20,000 bases of DNA from an uncultured virus (IMG/VR IMGVR_UViG_3300042483_000521) (Duplodnaviria > Heunggongvirae > Uroviricota > Caudoviricetes). Positions 18,269 to 20,000 of the stretch are shown here, piece by piece. A program made the translations under genes and the position numbers. The notes under the pieces were generated by a model. It was not told where the DNA came from. It saw nothing but the letters and a program-made list of their open reading frames with translations, and made no database searches. The stretch lies in the IMG/VR virus record IMGVR_UViG_3300042483_000521; one strand, given 5' to 3'. Every line of letters starts with the position of its first letter. Position 1 is the stretch's first letter.

Positions 18269-18339
18269 TTGTATGTGGCCACGTAGTGCCTTAATCCATC
18301 CGTGATGCATGTGAAAGCATGTAGGATGGACATACAATT
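18267..18339 (+). ncRNA. three-way-junction RNA directly upstream of the ribozyme
   Basis: Perfect 10-bp AATTGTATGT/ACATACAATT stem; TCCATCC/GGATGGA stem capped by TGCATGT-GAAA-GCATGTA. Confidence 0.55.
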
Positions 18340-18490
18340 TCAATGCACCACAACTCATTTCCCAAGGATGAGCAGTTGTAATATCCATATGGGTCAAAGC
18401 ACTTGTGTACAGAGTGTGACGTAACTAAGGATGGTCTATGTTCATTACATAGTTCCTGAATGTATTACAACTGAGTGCAGAGGGATTTGG
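18335..18490 (+). ncRNA. twister-like self-cleaving ribozyme (type P1) with an extended P5
   Basis: C^AA-TGCA-CC ... CTCAT-TTCCCAAGG-ATGAG - P5 - TGCA-GA-GGG. P2, P4 and pseudoknots T1 (CCC/GGG) and T2 (CC/GG) occur in twister order. Confidence 0.7.
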
Positions 18491-18561
18491 AGGGATATAT
18501 GCTCCCAAGCAGGTGCAAAGCCTGCATTTATTTATTTATTCATTTAAACCCACACAACAAC

Positions 18562-18741
18562 ATGTTAAAATCAATTCTAACTTTCTTGTTTCCTAAGACT
18601 ATTGCTTCTATAAAGAAGGATGCTCTTGATAAGTATTTTGCTGATGATATGCAGCAACAATGGGATGAGATCAATGAGTATGAAGAAAGAATGCATCTTG
18701 AAAACGAGCAATTGGATCAATCTTACATGCATGACTTATGA
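18562..18741 (+). CDS. hypothetical protein (start at ATG 18562)
   Basis: 59 aa MLKSILTFLFPKTIASIKK... with an A/C-rich leader. Confidence 0.7.
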   Translation: MLKSILTFLFPKTIASIKKDALDKYFADDMQQQWDEINEYEERMHLENEQLDQSYMHDL

Positions 18742-18860
18742 TCACATTATGTATTATGCCCAATTTCAAGGGCACAAGCACTGAGACTATTAAAGCATTT
18801 GTTACATGTCTCGTATTAGATAGTATTTATTGTTTACCAATTTTAATCAATTATTTATGA
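18738..18860 (+). CDS. 40-aa hydrophobic peptide, absent from ORF track
   Basis: MITLCIMPNFKGTSTETIKAFVTCLVLDSIYCLPILINYL; ATGA overlaps at both ends. Confidence 0.6.
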   Translation: MITLCIMPNFKGTSTETIKAFVTCLVLDSIYCLPILINYL

Positions 18861-19162
18861 ACACACTAAAATTAGTTAGAGCTATAGCTATGGGAACAGC
18901 TGTGCTTGCAGGAGTCTTATCTATTTGCATTCTTGTATTTACAGGATCAGCAATTGATATGGGTGTAACAGATGAGCAGTTTCTCATCACTGTTATTGTA
19001 TTCTTCATTTCCACATTGTATTGGTCAGCTGTTGATGCGATTATTAGAAGAGATGAGGCTTATACAGAAGCTGTAAAGAAGATTCATCAGACAACATTTA
19101 ATCAAGCTGTTACATTGATGATCATTTGTATTCTTGGAACACTTTCTCTGGTATTCTTATGA
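18857..19162 (+). CDS. membrane protein, about three TM helices
   Basis: 101 aa from ATG 18857 with three hydrophobic segments. Confidence 0.75.
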   Translation: MNTLKLVRAIAMGTAVLAGVLSICILVFTGSAIDMGVTDEQFLITVIVFFISTLYWSAVDAIIRRDEAYTEAVKKIHQTTFNQAVTLMIICILGTLSLVFL

Positions 19163-19374
19163 AGTATGCCAGAGAGTGTTCTATTACAGGTGAAGGAATG
19201 AATCAAGGATGGGTTGGAGATGATGGATGTGTCTATTTCAAATATGAGAAAGATGCATTACAATGGTGCATAAGCAGAGGATATAGAGATATTGACGATG
19301 CTTATGTTGATGATGTAATTTATTACACAGAATGGGAAGATTTTGAACAAGACGCTGAAGATTATGATAATTGA
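19159..19374 (+). CDS. hypothetical acidic protein
   Basis: 71 aa MKYARECSITGEGMNQGW...YYTEWED; ATGA overlap. Confidence 0.8.
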   Translation: MKYARECSITGEGMNQGWVGDDGCVYFKYEKDALQWCISRGYRDIDDAYVDDVIYYTEWEDFEQDAEDYDN

Positions 19375-19573
19375 AAGACAAAGTATTGTATCTGGTAAAG
19401 TTTATCAGATGGAATTGGATATTACTCAACAACAGTTGAATGATTTCACTAATGGTAGACTTGGATTGATTCAAGAGGCATTTCCTCATTTATCTATTGA
19501 TGAACGTGAGTTCATTATATCTGGTATTCATCCAATAGAATGGAGAGAGTTATTTGGAGAATTAGAGGATTAA
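19364..19573 (+). CDS. hypothetical phage protein
   Basis: 69 aa with LIQEAFPHLSIDEREFIISGIHPIEW, a motif typical of a widespread small phage protein. Confidence 0.8.
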   Translation: MIIERQSIVSGKVYQMELDITQQQLNDFTNGRLGLIQEAFPHLSIDEREFIISGIHPIEWRELFGELED

Positions 19574-19588
19574 TTTAATCAAACGCAC

Positions 19589-19717
19589 ATGAAAAAATTA
19601 ACTAAAAGAGAATTCAGCTATGCAATAGTATTCTATAGCATGCTAAGCTTGTTAATCTGCGCACTTATTGTGTGGTGGGTTGAATTTATTAAGCAATATC
19701 CGCAAATCATATTCTAA
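19589..19717 (+). CDS. 42-aa single-pass membrane peptide, absent from ORF track
   Basis: MKKLTKREFSYAIVFYSMLSLLICALIVWWVEFIKQYPQIIF. Confidence 0.65.
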   Translation: MKKLTKREFSYAIVFYSMLSLLICALIVWWVEFIKQYPQIIF

Positions 19718-19730
19718 TGTGATTTGTGCG

Positions 19731-19758
19731 TCTGCTGAGCATCAGAATAAACTGCTCA
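19731..19758 (+). ncRNA. candidate H-type pseudoknot
   Basis: TCTG/CAGA stem whose loop TGAGCA pairs with TGCTCA after an ATAAAC linker. Confidence 0.45.
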
Positions 19759-19818
19759 ATTATATAGCATTAAGTAAAAATCAAAGCAAATAAACAAACA
19801 ATTAAAGCAAAAACGCAC

Positions 19819-20000
19819 ATGAAAGCACACACAACAATTGCAGACGTGTTGATGGACATCAATACACCTGAAACAGCAAAGAAGTTCGTTGTGATTACAG
19901 ATCACGAGAACACGTTTTACTTTTCCTATCCAGGAGAAGATGAGTTTGAAGCAATGAGAGGACAAGATTTTCTCACACGTACATTTATTCCTTTCTCAAT
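19819..20000 (+). CDS. hypothetical protein (partial, runs off right edge)
   Basis: MKAHTTIADVLMDINTPETAKKFVVITDHENTFYFSYPGEDEFEAMRGQDFLTRTFIPFS..., open to the window end. Confidence 0.75.
   Translation, partial: MKAHTTIADVLMDINTPETAKKFVVITDHENTFYFSYPGEDEFEAMRGQDFLTRTFIPFS

Noticed and set aside
17412..19965. Minus-strand ORFs 17412-17603, 17774-17971, 18209-18397, 19238-19489 and 19756-19965
   Set aside because: They are antisense to coupled plus-strand genes or to structured RNA blocks
16606..20000. CRISPR array or complete tRNA genes
   Set aside because: No regularly spaced repeats and no complete cloverleaf seen; only an isolated T-arm-like hairpin

Overview
This window is part of a crAss-like (Crassvirales-type) Bacteroidota phage genome read with the standard genetic code. 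Positions 1-16584 (minus strand) carry the late/virion module. In transcription order it runs: winged-helix protein, HU/IHF-like protein, Cys-rich Zn-finger protein, two small ORFs, putative small terminase, large terminase, portal, acidic scaffold-like protein, major capsid protein, conserved capsid-module protein, ring protein, auxiliary capsid-like protein, tail hub/fibre proteins with Cys- and poly-Thr-rich segments, and a second ring protein running off the left edge. Bacteroidota-type TTTG-N19-21-TAnnTTTG promoters lie in front of this module. After a GC-run-rich strand-switch region (16606-16828), the plus strand carries a train of small, probably early, ORFs interleaved with unusually structured non-coding blocks. 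The most striking is a twister-like self-cleaving ribozyme (about 18335-18490) with a compensatory CC/GG pseudoknot and a 79-nt structured insert in P5. It is flanked by other folded RNAs, and further candidate ncRNAs lie at 17242-17520, 19731-19758 and 7174-7218. All protein calls come from motif recognition and synteny, and all RNA folds from pairing by eye; no database searches were run.
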